From: Marinicella sp.
Lineage (GTDB): Bacteria; Pseudomonadota; Gammaproteobacteria; Xanthomonadales; Marinicellaceae
NCBI GenBank assembly: GCA_965230295.1
Contig: OZ246001.1
Span: forward strand, 2,432,001 to 2,496,000
Reading direction: 5' to 3'
Length of the DNA stretch: 64,000 nt
Shown: positions 28,838 through 41,342 of the stretch, piece after piece
Position numbering within the stretch: position 1 is the stretch's first letter
Layout of the letters: each line of letters begins with the position of its first letter
Notes under the pieces: model-generated
What the model saw: only the letters and a program-made list of their open reading frames with translations
Database searches by the model: none
Told to the model about the DNA's origin: nothing
Program-made: the position numbers and the translations under genes

Positions 28838-31009
28838 ATGAGTTTTTTCAATGAATTAAAGCGTCGGAATGTGTTCCGTGTCACTGCAGCTTATGTGGTG
28901 ATTGGTTGGCTGTTATTACAAGTCGGCGATGTGGTATTTGAAGCCTTGGAAGTGGATGCCAGTGCCAATCGCATGCTGATGGCCTTTGTGTTGTTGGGAT
29001 TAATTCCAACCATTTTGTTTGCCTGGGCGTTTGAAATGACGCCAGAAGGTATCAAACGCGATAAAGATGTGGACCGGGATGAACAGAATGATCACCGAAC
29101 AGCAAAGAAATTAGACTATGTCACCATGGGTGTGTTGGTGGTGGTCGGTGGTATGAGTTTGTGGCAACACTGGAGTGATGAGCCAGCTGTCACTGAGGAG
29201 CCTGTAACAACCGCACAAAACACGGAATTGCCCGAATTGGTTATTGATGACAAATCTGTGGCAGTGTTGCCATTCACCAATGTGGCCAACACTGCAGACA
29301 ATGAACCATTCACTGTTGGAATCCATGATGATCTGATCACATCCTTGTCGAAAATTTCGGCTTTGAAAGTGATTTCCAGAACGTCGGTATTGAATTACCA
29401 GTCGGTAGACATGCCATTAGGAGAAATCGCAACCAAGTTGGGTGTTGCGCATGTGGTCGAAGGAGGCGTGCAGCGTGTAGGTAATCAAGTCAGGCTCAAT
29501 GTAAAGTTGGTTGACGCCATTACTGAAGAACCTCTGTGGGCAGAAACATTCAATCGGGAATTGACTGCAAGCAATATTTTTAACATCCAAACAGAGGTGT
29601 CTCAAGAGATTGCAAACGCCCTAAAAGCGCAACTGACTGATGCTGAAAAGCAGTCTCTGGAAAAACAACAGACAGATGATTTGGATGCCTACAATGCATA
29701 TCTGGCCGGCCGTCAGCGTTTACTGACCAGAAACACCCAGTCTTTGTATCAGGCACTGAGCCTATTCAACAAGGCCACTGAGTTGGATCCCAATTATGCC
29801 TTGGCCTATGTGGGCCAAGCCGACACCTGGAGTTTGTTGAATGAATACAGTGATGTGACCGAAGCAGAAATGATGGAAAACGGCCAACCGTTGTTAGAGA
29901 AAGCTTTACAACTGGACCCGAATTCAGCGGAAGCTCACACCAGTCAAGCCAATTATTATGCAGAAAAAGATGATCTGGAAGCCGCTAAAAATGCCTTTGA
30001 ACATGCCTTAAAGTTGAATCCGAATTATGCCACCACTTACCATTGGTATGGTAATTTGCTGGACAGAATGGGTGACAGAACCCAAGCCTTGGCCATGTAT
30101 CGGAAAGCCGCTGAATTGGACCCCATTTCACCCGTGATTCAATCTAACATTGGTTCGATATTGTCAGAGTCAGGCCGCCATCAAGAAGCGTTGGAGCAAT
30201 TTGATCGCATCATAGAGTTGGTTCCTGATTACCCTGGATCTGCCAGTGGTAAAGCTGGTGTATATTCCAACATGGGTGAATTGGATGAAGCCATCAAGTG
30301 GCAACAGATTGCCATCAAAAAAGACCCTGGTAATGTCTCAAGAAAAGCAGAATTGGCAGCCATGTATGTGGACCTGGGGTTGGTTGATTTGGCTGACAAA
30401 ACCATCCAGGAAATTAAACTCCAATCTCCAGGGTTTGAAAGACTGATTTATGTGCAAGCCTCATTAGAAATGTATCAAGGTCAGTATCAACAAGCTGCCG
30501 ATCGATTTTCAATGGCGTTTCAAAAAGACCCCACCAATTTCAGTTATCTTGGTAACCAAATATTTTACCAAATGCTGGTCGGTGAGCATCAAGCAGCCAT
30601 TGCAGGTTACTTGAAACTCTACCCAGGAAAAGAGGGCAAAGAGTTTGATCTGCGCATGGATAATTTTGACAGTACCATCAACTTGATTTGGTTGTGGCAA
30701 GTAACCGACGAACAGGACAAAGCATTAACTCTGTTGAATGATCTGGAGCAAATGTTGGCAGAATTCCCGGAACAAAACACCGATTTCAGACGTGCCATGA
30801 TTGCCGCGTTGAAGGGTGAATACGATGAATCCGCCCAATTGTTTTTCTCAGAATACAAAAGAGGTGCCAGCCGCGGCTTTTGGCGGGGAGATCATTTACC
30901 CATGCTCAAAGAAGTTTTGGCTTCAAAAGTCAGTCAAGATTTTGTTAACTTGTATGATTTCGAATTGAAACAACAAAGAAACCGGGTGTTGGCATTCAGT
31001 GACATATGA
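28838..31009 (+). CDS. Membrane-anchored TolB-like/TPR repeat protein
   Basis: MSFFNELKRRNVFRV N-terminus, three TM segments, KSVAVLPF.N...LKVISRTS domain, many TPRs. Confidence 0.85.
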   Translation: MSFFNELKRRNVFRVTAAYVVIGWLLLQVGDVVFEALEVDASANRMLMAFVLLGLIPTILFAWAFEMTPEGIKRDKDVDRDEQNDHRTAKKLDYVTMGVLVVVGGMSLWQHWSDEPAVTEEPVTTAQNTELPELVIDDKSVAVLPFTNVANTADNEPFTVGIHDDLITSLSKISALKVISRTSVLNYQSVDMPLGEIATKLGVAHVVEGGVQRVGNQVRLNVKLVDAITEEPLWAETFNRELTASNIFNIQTEVSQEIANALKAQLTDAEKQSLEKQQTDDLDAYNAYLAGRQRLLTRNTQSLYQALSLFNKATELDPNYALAYVGQADTWSLLNEYSDVTEAEMMENGQPLLEKALQLDPNSAEAHTSQANYYAEKDDLEAAKNAFEHALKLNPNYATTYHWYGNLLDRMGDRTQALAMYRKAAELDPISPVIQSNIGSILSESGRHQEALEQFDRIIELVPDYPGSASGKAGVYSNMGELDEAIKWQQIAIKKDPGNVSRKAELAAMYVDLGLVDLADKTIQEIKLQSPGFERLIYVQASLEMYQGQYQQAADRFSMAFQKDPTNFSYLGNQIFYQMLVGEHQAAIAGYLKLYPGKEGKEFDLRMDNFDSTINLIWLWQVTDEQDKALTLLNDLEQMLAEFPEQNTDFRRAMIAALKGEYDESAQLFFSEYKRGASRGFWRGDHLPMLKEVLASKVSQDFVNLYDFELKQQRNRVLAFSDI

Positions 31010-31020
31010 CTTGATTGGCT

Positions 31021-32016
31021 TTAACAGAAGGAATTCAATGCTTTCAAATGAATTTCTTTGATACTTTCAGGCAAGAAACTGGCTTTGAATGAATTCTCTA
31101 TTAAAGTAAAGATCTCATCTTCTGATAAGCCCACAGCATCAGCCAATTGGTTGTAATTGTCGTTCACATACCCCCCAAAATAGGCGGGATCATCTGAATT
31201 GATGGTGGCCATCAATCCTTTTTTTAGCATTTTTTTGATCGGATGATGTTGCAGGTCATCAACCACTTTCAGTTTTAAGTTAGATAACGGGCAAACGGTC
31301 AATGCCAAGCCTTTGTGGGCAATTTGGGCGGTTAAGATGTCATCTTCCAGGCAGCGATTGCCATGGTCAATCCGATCAACTTTCAACAACTCGATGGCCT
31401 GTCTGACATAGTCAGCCGGACCTTCTTCTCCGGCATGTGCCACGACTTTAAAACCGTCATTTTTGGCTTGTTCAAACACCCTCTGGTACTTTTCAGGCGG
31501 GTGGCCCAATTCTGATGAGTCCAAACCAATGCCCAGTATTTTGTCACGATGAGCGTATATTTTTGGATACAGATCCAAGGCATCCTGTTCTGGTAAATGA
31601 CGCAAGAAACAAGCGATGATGTGGAAGCTGATGCCTAATTTATTCTGTCCATCATCAAAGGCGCGAAACAGGCCATTGATGACGGTGTCAAATTCAATGC
31701 CGCGATCCGTATGTGATTGTGGGTCAAAAAATATTTCAGTGTGAACCACATGATCTTGTTTGGCTTTTTCCAGATATGCCCAGGCCAAATCATAAAAATC
31801 TTGTTCGGTTTGTAGCACCGCACAACCCTGGTAATAAATATCCAGGAATTCTTGCAAGTTATTAAAATCGTACAAAGATTTAAGCGCTTCGATAGATTCA
31901 TAGGGTAAATCGATACCATTGCGTTCAGCGAGCTTGAACATCAACTCTGGTTCTAAACTGCCTTCAATGTGCATGTGCAGTTCAGCTTTGGGTAGCATTT
32001 GGATCAATTCATTCAT
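31021..32016 (-). CDS. add: Adenosine/adenine deaminase
   Basis: LPKAELHMHIEGSLEPE, VAHAGEEGP, RIDHG, TVCPLSN, NSDDPAYFGG. Confidence 0.93.
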   Translation of the reverse strand: MNELIQMLPKAELHMHIEGSLEPELMFKLAERNGIDLPYESIEALKSLYDFNNLQEFLDIYYQGCAVLQTEQDFYDLAWAYLEKAKQDHVVHTEIFFDPQSHTDRGIEFDTVINGLFRAFDDGQNKLGISFHIIACFLRHLPEQDALDLYPKIYAHRDKILGIGLDSSELGHPPEKYQRVFEQAKNDGFKVVAHAGEEGPADYVRQAIELLKVDRIDHGNRCLEDDILTAQIAHKGLALTVCPLSNLKLKVVDDLQHHPIKKMLKKGLMATINSDDPAYFGGYVNDNYNQLADAVGLSEDEIFTLIENSFKASFLPESIKEIHLKALNSFC

Positions 32017-32018
32017 GG

Positions 32019-32417
32019 TCAGGCCATCATCGCTGCGATGTATCTACCGATGTTCAGACCTGCCAGAGTCAGGATGACCAGCCAGGTAATGGCGGTGCCA
32101 TAAAAGCGGCCAAAGGTGGCCCCCTTGCCATTGACCAAACCACCCGGATGAATCAGTCTACCAATCACCAAAGCAATCCCAATACCATGGAGTAGCATTT
32201 GGTTGCCGCCATTTAACTCATAGGCCGCAAATAGGATTAAGGCTATGGGGATGTATTCCACGGCGTTTTGCTGTGCCCTGATGTGTCTTATTCCAACAAC
32301 ATCTCCACCATCGCCAATGTCAACCCGGGATTTTCGACGAAAAACCACCACCTTATAGCACAGCCATATGATGATGAGGGCCAAAATTGAAGCATACAGA
32401 CTGGTAATAGATAACAT
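32019..32417 (-). CDS. MAPEG family membrane protein
   Basis: GDGG...IRAQQNAVEYIP, GRLIHP.G; several TM helices. Confidence 0.85.
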   Translation of the reverse strand: MLSITSLYASILALIIIWLCYKVVVFRRKSRVDIGDGGDVVGIRHIRAQQNAVEYIPIALILFAAYELNGGNQMLLHGIGIALVIGRLIHPGGLVNGKGATFGRFYGTAITWLVILTLAGLNIGRYIAAMMA

Positions 32418-33263
32418 TTAAATCTCCTCTTTGAGTTCTTTGACGGGGTTTATGACCGAATAACGGCCACCTTCTTGTTGTATGTGAGCGGTTGAAAGTT
32501 CAGGGTCATGGGTGAAGAACAAGCGCAGGTTCTCGTCCACAACGTTGTTTAAAAACTCGGTTTTTTCATCAATCAATTGTTCAGGAAAACGGTCATAACC
32601 CATTGAGATAGGTACATGTACCCAAGCCGAACCTGGGATCAGATCTGAGGCGAAAACCAAATCAGCAATTTGAGCATGCATCAATCCTGGGGTGTGGCCA
32701 TGGGTGTAACTGAACAACACATCAGGACCCAGTAATTCATGGTATGTTCCACTGACCAAGTGTAAGCGGTTAGAGTCTTTCAACAAGTCATGCAGTCTCG
32801 GAATGAATGAGGCTTTGTCTCTGGGGTGTGGCTTGATGGCACGTTCCCAATGGTCTGAGCCTACTAAGTATTCGGCATTGGCAAACACCAGTTGTGCATC
32901 TTGTTCTGCGTTCCATGCAGTCAACATGCCACCAGCGTGATCAAAATGTAAATGGCTTAATACCACCACATCGATGTCTTCAGGTGTGAATCCAATGGCA
33001 GCTAAAGAAGTTAACAAGACATGGTGGTCTTCATAGATGCCGAAGCGCTCTTTTAGTTTGGGTTCGAAGAAGTTACCAATACCCGTTTCAAACAGTACAT
33101 TTTTACCATTCAATCCTTCAACGAGCAAAGCCCGACAGGCCAATTCCATGCGGTTGAGTTCATCCACTTCAACCCATCGAGACCACAATGCTTTGGGTGC
33201 ATTGCCAAACATCGCACCCGCATCCAGTTTTTGTCGATTGCCTTCAATTGAATGTAACTTCAT
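32418..33263 (-). CDS. Metallo-beta-lactamase-fold hydrolase
   Basis: LDAGAMFG, SHLHFDHAGG, GHTPG, MGYDRFP. Confidence 0.9.
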   Translation of the reverse strand: MKLHSIEGNRQKLDAGAMFGNAPKALWSRWVEVDELNRMELACRALLVEGLNGKNVLFETGIGNFFEPKLKERFGIYEDHHVLLTSLAAIGFTPEDIDVVVLSHLHFDHAGGMLTAWNAEQDAQLVFANAEYLVGSDHWERAIKPHPRDKASFIPRLHDLLKDSNRLHLVSGTYHELLGPDVLFSYTHGHTPGLMHAQIADLVFASDLIPGSAWVHVPISMGYDRFPEQLIDEKTEFLNNVVDENLRLFFTHDPELSTAHIQQEGGRYSVINPVKELKEEI

Positions 33264-33267
33264 GGGT

Positions 33268-36215
<2,948 letters not shown>

Positions 36216-36299
36216 GGGTTTGATTTATATTTAATGCCAATGGCTTGACTTTGATAGAATATGCGCCATATTTTAGCGGAATTCATCAACTTTTTAGCC

Positions 36300-37547
36300 A
36301 TGATTAAGTTTTTTAAAAGAAAAAACAACAAAAAGCAAAAAGATCAGCTTGAGAACCAGGGAGACAACCCAGGTGAAACGCTGTCCAATCAACAACCTGA
36401 AACTGCCGTTGAAAACCCGCAAGGTACTGATGCACAGCCAGCTCCTGTTGATCATCAAACCGGTCGCGATCAGTTGGCTGAGGATACCAATGTACCCATT
36501 TCTGAACGGGTGACAGAAGAGCTCGAACCTTTTATTGCTGAAGCACCTGTCGAAACCGAAACAGTCAATCAGGAGGTTGTTGAAACAGCCCAGGAGCCAG
36601 CCATTGTGGTCCCTCCTGAATTATTGGCTCAAGGTGTTGAACCCCATCAACTGACACAACAGTTGGCCAAAACCAATGAGAACTTTGGGCAAAAAATGAA
36701 GCATTTGTTCTCTTTAAAGAAAAAGATTGATGAAGACCTGTTTGAAGAATTGGAAACCACTTTACTGATGGCCGATGTGGGAGCTGCAGCTACCATGGAT
36801 GTGTTGGAAAAGGTCAGAAAATCATTGAAACGCAGGAATCTGTCAGATACGGATGCGGTTTTTACTGCACTGCAAGAACAGTTGACAGCGTTGGCCAGCG
36901 TGGTTGAACAACCCCTGGTGATTGATGACAGTAAGCAGCCATTCGTGATCCTCGTGGTTGGTGTGAACGGTGTGGGTAAGACCACCACCATTGCTAAACT
37001 GGCCCGCAAGTATAAAGGCATGGGTAAAAAAGTGATGCTCGCTGCTGGAGACACGTTCAGAGCCGCAGCGGTGGAACAACTGAAAACCTGGGGTGAACGT
37101 GAAGACATTCCGGTGATGGCGCAGAAGACAGGAGCGGACTCAGCTTCAGTGATTTATGATGCCATGAATTCGGCGAAAGCGAAAAACATTGATGTGCTGA
37201 TAGCTGATACTGCCGGTCGATTGCACACCCAGGCAAACTTGATGCAAGAACTGGAAAAAATTGCTCGTGTGATGCGCAAGAACGATGAATCGGCCCCTCA
37301 TGAGACATTGATTGTGATTGATGGTGGTACCGGTCAAAATGCCATCTCACAAGTTCGAGAATTCAACAAAGCCAATTCACTGACTGGTGTGGTGATCACC
37401 AAACTAGATGGTACCCCTAAAGGCGGTGTGTTGTTTAATTTGGCAGCAGAGTTTGGTATCCCGGTCAGGTACATTGGTGTGGGTGAAAAATCATCTGATC
37501 TGAAACCCTATCAAGCCGCTGAGTTTGTCAAAGCCATCATCGACTGA
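36300..37547 (+). CDS. ftsY: SRP receptor FtsY
   Basis: Acidic N-terminus, GVNGVGKTTT, DTFRAAA, DTAGR, TKLDG. Confidence 0.96.
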   Translation: MIKFFKRKNNKKQKDQLENQGDNPGETLSNQQPETAVENPQGTDAQPAPVDHQTGRDQLAEDTNVPISERVTEELEPFIAEAPVETETVNQEVVETAQEPAIVVPPELLAQGVEPHQLTQQLAKTNENFGQKMKHLFSLKKKIDEDLFEELETTLLMADVGAAATMDVLEKVRKSLKRRNLSDTDAVFTALQEQLTALASVVEQPLVIDDSKQPFVILVVGVNGVGKTTTIAKLARKYKGMGKKVMLAAGDTFRAAAVEQLKTWGEREDIPVMAQKTGADSASVIYDAMNSAKAKNIDVLIADTAGRLHTQANLMQELEKIARVMRKNDESAPHETLIVIDGGTGQNAISQVREFNKANSLTGVVITKLDGTPKGGVLFNLAAEFGIPVRYIGVGEKSSDLKPYQAAEFVKAIID

Positions 37548-37552
37548 ACACT

Positions 37553-38563
37553 TTGAAATTCAGTCAAAAAATCGTTCATTGGTATCACTTGCATGGGCGT
37601 AAAGATTTGCCCTGGCAACTTGAGCAAAGTACTTCACGGAAGCCCTATCACGTGTGGCTGTCAGAAATCATGTTGCAACAGACCCAAGTGGTGAAAGTCA
37701 TTGAGTATTTTGATCGTTTCATTGCGTCCTTTCCAACTTTAACAACACTTGCACAAGCAGAAGAGCATCAGGTGATGGCATTGTGGTCCGGATTGGGGTA
37801 TTACAACCGCGCCAGAAATTTACACCGGTCAGCGAAAATTTGTCTTTCAGAATATGGTGGTCAGTTACCGCATAACTTGGATGAACTGGTGTCATTACCA
37901 GGCATCGGGCGGTCTACAGCTGCAGCCATCATGTCCCTGGCTTATGGGCAACCTGAACCGATCATGGATGGCAATGTAAAAAGGGTGTTTGCCAGACATT
38001 TTTTAGTAGCAGGTGAACCCAACAAAAGCAGCACCTTGAAACAACTTTGGTCCCTGGCAGAAATGTATCGTGAAAAAACTGAGCCAGCCGCCTACACCCA
38101 AGGGTTGATGGATCTGGGTGCGATCCTGTGTACCAAACACAACCCAAAGTGTATCGATTGCCCAATCAACAACAGTTGTGAAGCCCGCAAACAAGATGTC
38201 ATCGCGGATTACCCAGAGAAAAAGAAAAAAGTTCAACAAAAGGAAGTGGACCTGTATTGTTTGCTGGTAGCCGATGGACGTCAAGTGGGTTTGAGTTTGC
38301 GGGATGAAAACAGCATCTGGCCAAGTTTATGGTTTCTACCCACATTTACATCAGAACAAAAGCTGTTGGCCAGCCATCGTCAAGCTGATAGGCAATTCAG
38401 CTTGACCCACAAACTGACACATCGTATATTGCACCTTCATGTGTATTTGGCAAGACAGTCACAGCACATCGAATTCATGGATATGGTTGATCGAAAATTG
38501 TTGGCTGAACGACCGCATCCCAAAGCTTTGATTCACATATTAAATCAACATGACAACCATTAA
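37553..38563 (+). CDS. mutY: A/G-specific adenine glycosylase
   Basis: WLSEIMLQQTQV, GLGYYNRARNL, LPGIGRSTA, CTKHNPKCIDCPINNSC. Confidence 0.94.
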   Translation: MKFSQKIVHWYHLHGRKDLPWQLEQSTSRKPYHVWLSEIMLQQTQVVKVIEYFDRFIASFPTLTTLAQAEEHQVMALWSGLGYYNRARNLHRSAKICLSEYGGQLPHNLDELVSLPGIGRSTAAAIMSLAYGQPEPIMDGNVKRVFARHFLVAGEPNKSSTLKQLWSLAEMYREKTEPAAYTQGLMDLGAILCTKHNPKCIDCPINNSCEARKQDVIADYPEKKKKVQQKEVDLYCLLVADGRQVGLSLRDENSIWPSLWFLPTFTSEQKLLASHRQADRQFSLTHKLTHRILHLHVYLARQSQHIEFMDMVDRKLLAERPHPKALIHILNQHDNH

Positions 38564-38828
38564 CTGCATCAAGTACGGCACTGATCAAGAGCCCATCCCA
38601 TACACCCCTTACCCTGGAGAGTTGGGTGAACGTATTCTACAAAATGTCAGTCTTAAATTCTGGCAAGATTGGCTGGCTCAACAAACCATGATCATCAATG
38701 AGAATCATTTTTCACCCATTGATCCAGATCACCGCAAAATCATTGAACAGAAGATGGTTGAATTTTTATTTGAGGGTAAGGACGTTAAACCTGAGGGTTA
38801 TGCCCCTGATGCCGGTGATGAAGCATAA
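38550..38828 (+). CDS. yggX: Fe(II)-trafficking / oxidative damage protection protein
   Basis: PYPGELGERI...WQDWLAQQTMIINE; follows mutY. Confidence 0.92.
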   Translation: MTTINCIKYGTDQEPIPYTPYPGELGERILQNVSLKFWQDWLAQQTMIINENHFSPIDPDHRKIIEQKMVEFLFEGKDVKPEGYAPDAGDEA

Positions 38829-38854
38829 AAATAAACAAACTTTGCATTTAAAGT

Positions 38855-38883
38855 TTGACAGTTCAGAAAGGCATTATTATAAT
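38855..38883 (+). promoter_or_regulatory. Consensus sigma70 promoter of tRNA-Phe
   Basis: TTGACA-N17-TATAAT followed by a GC-rich discriminator. Confidence 0.88.
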
Positions 38884-38921
38884 TCGCGTTCGTTTTGAGA
38901 TGTCCTATCTCAAGGTGGTGT

Positions 38922-38997
38922 GCCCGGTTAGCTCAGTCGGTAGAGCAGGGGATTGAAAATCCCCGTGTCCGTGGTTCGATTCCGCGACCGGGCACCA
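38922..38997 (+). tRNA. tRNA-Phe(GAA)
   Basis: GCCCGGT acceptor, D arm, GGGGA-TTGAAAA-TCCCC anticodon arm, GGTTCGATTCC, encoded CCA; 76 nt. Confidence 0.98.
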
Positions 38998-39067
38998 TTT
39001 TCCTCATTCTGTGATTCTCAACATTAAACCTGTTTTTGCCTGTTTTTCCAATCTGGTCAAGTGGTGG

Positions 39068-40906
39068 TCAATTACCTTCAAAATCATCTGCGAAAATCAA
39101 GTCAGGTAATGGCGGAGGACCAATGATGTTGACTGAATAACTGTTGTCATCATTATCAATGAGGGTGGCCTGTGATGAAGTGGGTGCCTGGTCGATTTCA
39201 ATCACATAGACAAATAGCGTGCCCCATGGCTGAAAGTCATCTACCGTTGGCGGTGTCCAACTGAGTGTGTCATTGGCGGAAGAAAAAGACCAGTCGTTAT
39301 TGCTGTCGTAATCAGGGTCATTGAAATCAGTTGCTGACGGAACCTCAAGAGCAGGCAAAGAAAATGACTTGGTACCGGTGCTGAAGTCATAGTTCATCAC
39401 GCCGTATGTATAGCGAAACTTGCCACCACCCAGATCTTCGGCTTTGCTGATCACACGCATTTGCCCGAGGTCGTTATCGATCAACTCACTGGACTCCATT
39501 GAGCCCAATGAATTTGGATCAACCCAGACATCACTGACAGGTCCACTTTGGTAACCATCTGTATAGTTGAATGTCCATGATGTACCTGCACCTGTGGGAA
39601 TGACTTTTTGGTAACCCATCGAATTGAAAATGTTGATGTCATCACGGATGACATACCACGCTTCCAGGAAATATTCGGCACCGGGTGTGGTAAAGTCAGC
39701 GTTATCAACATACAACCGCCGTTCCATGGTGTTAAAGGGTATGTTGGTTAATTGTTGGGTACATGGACCTGGTGCAATGCCATTTGGCGCATAGATTGAA
39801 CCACATTGCTCCCAAGTTCCTTGATTGGCATCAACTTCTTCCCGAATACCAATCGCAGAAGGGCTGTTGTTGTTACCCACGCCATAAGTATCTGTACACA
39901 CCCCAGAATTAACAGGCGAGTTATCGGCCCATAAGATACTGCCTCCAGAGCATGTACAGCCCACGTTAACTGTAAAAAAAGCATGTTTGATGCCTGATGC
40001 GCCGAGTTGTTCTAAGCGCCCATCAACCAACCGATACATGTTCCAAATCAAGAAAGGATGTTGGTCGGCATCATAGGGGGCCGGGTATGTACCAACGGCT
40101 GATGTGGTGAATTTTTCGTACCAAGGCACGTCAGCTGTTCCCACATTGGATAAGGTGGCAGATGGGGCCATAGCGATCATGTTGCCGATCGAATTAACTT
40201 GTTGGACTTCTTCCAAGTTTATCAAAGCAACATCGGTCAGGTAGTTTACCCCGTCATGCCATTGGGCATTGGCTGCACTGCATGTGCCAGCCAACAATTC
40301 TTTGGCGTTCACTTCGGGTGGCAATTGCAGACTGCTGGTCAAATAGGCCACCCCAAAATTGAATCCAGCCAATTCAGGTCTGCCCAATGAATTGGCTGCA
40401 CTTCGGCTTAACTTGATGTCCATGTTTTTGAGGGTTAAATTGCCTTTGTCCAAGTTTACTTTAGAGTGGATATGAGTGAGGTTGAATACAACTTGTCCAC
40501 TTTGACTGACCAATTCCAAAGTCAGGTTGTTGGTACGAGTAGGTCTGATGGAAAAGTTTTTTAAGTCAATGGTCTTACCTGATGCGGTCAGCTGTAATTG
40601 ACTGGTGGTCGATAGTTCACCATTGGCATAACCATCAAATGCACCTTTGGGCGCCCAAATATATAGGTTTGACTGGTCCCTGATGTTAATCAAATGTTGA
40701 CCGTTAGAAACGGCTTTCTCTGTAGAATTAACTTCAAAGTTGAAATCACGAAAATTATCGGTATTGAACTCAAGTATAAGCTGACCACCCCATATTTCCC
40801 ACAAATCATCTGTACCCATGGAATTGCCCGAGTGAGGCGGAAGGTTGCTTCCCCAACTGAGGGAAGAAAACAGTAAGAAGAGCGTACATGGCATTAAATT
40901 TTTCAT
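39068..40906 (-). CDS. Large secreted hypothetical protein with a C-terminal DLIFADDFE tag
   Basis: GAGG RBS, signal peptide, Cys-containing core (QHPFLIWNMYR, GIKHAFFTVNVGC), Pro linker then DLIFADDFEGN. Confidence 0.8.
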   Translation of the reverse strand: MKNLMPCTLFLLFSSLSWGSNLPPHSGNSMGTDDLWEIWGGQLILEFNTDNFRDFNFEVNSTEKAVSNGQHLINIRDQSNLYIWAPKGAFDGYANGELSTTSQLQLTASGKTIDLKNFSIRPTRTNNLTLELVSQSGQVVFNLTHIHSKVNLDKGNLTLKNMDIKLSRSAANSLGRPELAGFNFGVAYLTSSLQLPPEVNAKELLAGTCSAANAQWHDGVNYLTDVALINLEEVQQVNSIGNMIAMAPSATLSNVGTADVPWYEKFTTSAVGTYPAPYDADQHPFLIWNMYRLVDGRLEQLGASGIKHAFFTVNVGCTCSGGSILWADNSPVNSGVCTDTYGVGNNNSPSAIGIREEVDANQGTWEQCGSIYAPNGIAPGPCTQQLTNIPFNTMERRLYVDNADFTTPGAEYFLEAWYVIRDDINIFNSMGYQKVIPTGAGTSWTFNYTDGYQSGPVSDVWVDPNSLGSMESSELIDNDLGQMRVISKAEDLGGGKFRYTYGVMNYDFSTGTKSFSLPALEVPSATDFNDPDYDSNNDWSFSSANDTLSWTPPTVDDFQPWGTLFVYVIEIDQAPTSSQATLIDNDDNSYSVNIIGPPPLPDLIFADDFEGN

Positions 40907-41342
40907 TAGCTACCTCAAGCAATTTAATCAAATTTATTTATTTAATTATTTACCTGGGCTGTCCTAGAAGATCTTGAATGTACATATACAATGGTAAATA
41001 TGGATTCTGTGCATTGCACAGAAGCTGATCTCCTATAAATTATACTATAAGAATATTTTATTTTGGATTGAAATACGCCTGAATGTGAACTGGTTAAAAA
41101 TTTAGATTTGCCAGGAGTGAGAATTGGCCTTTGTGACGAAGTATGTGGATGATATGTGCGTCAGGTCGCAGTTTTGAGTGTGGTTTTCAGCTAAGGTATT
41201 CAGCCTGAAAAAACAGGACGTGGTTTTTCATTGACACAGATTACTGTGGAAAATTTCCAATAGAGTAAACAGTCATCTGCTGGAACAACTAGATGGAATG
41301 TTATTAATACTGAGTCTGGACTTGCAAACAGGTCTGAATACA

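Noticed and set aside
38922-39067. tRNA-Phe as an island integration site
   Set aside because: No integrase and no duplicated tRNA 3' end seen in the window.
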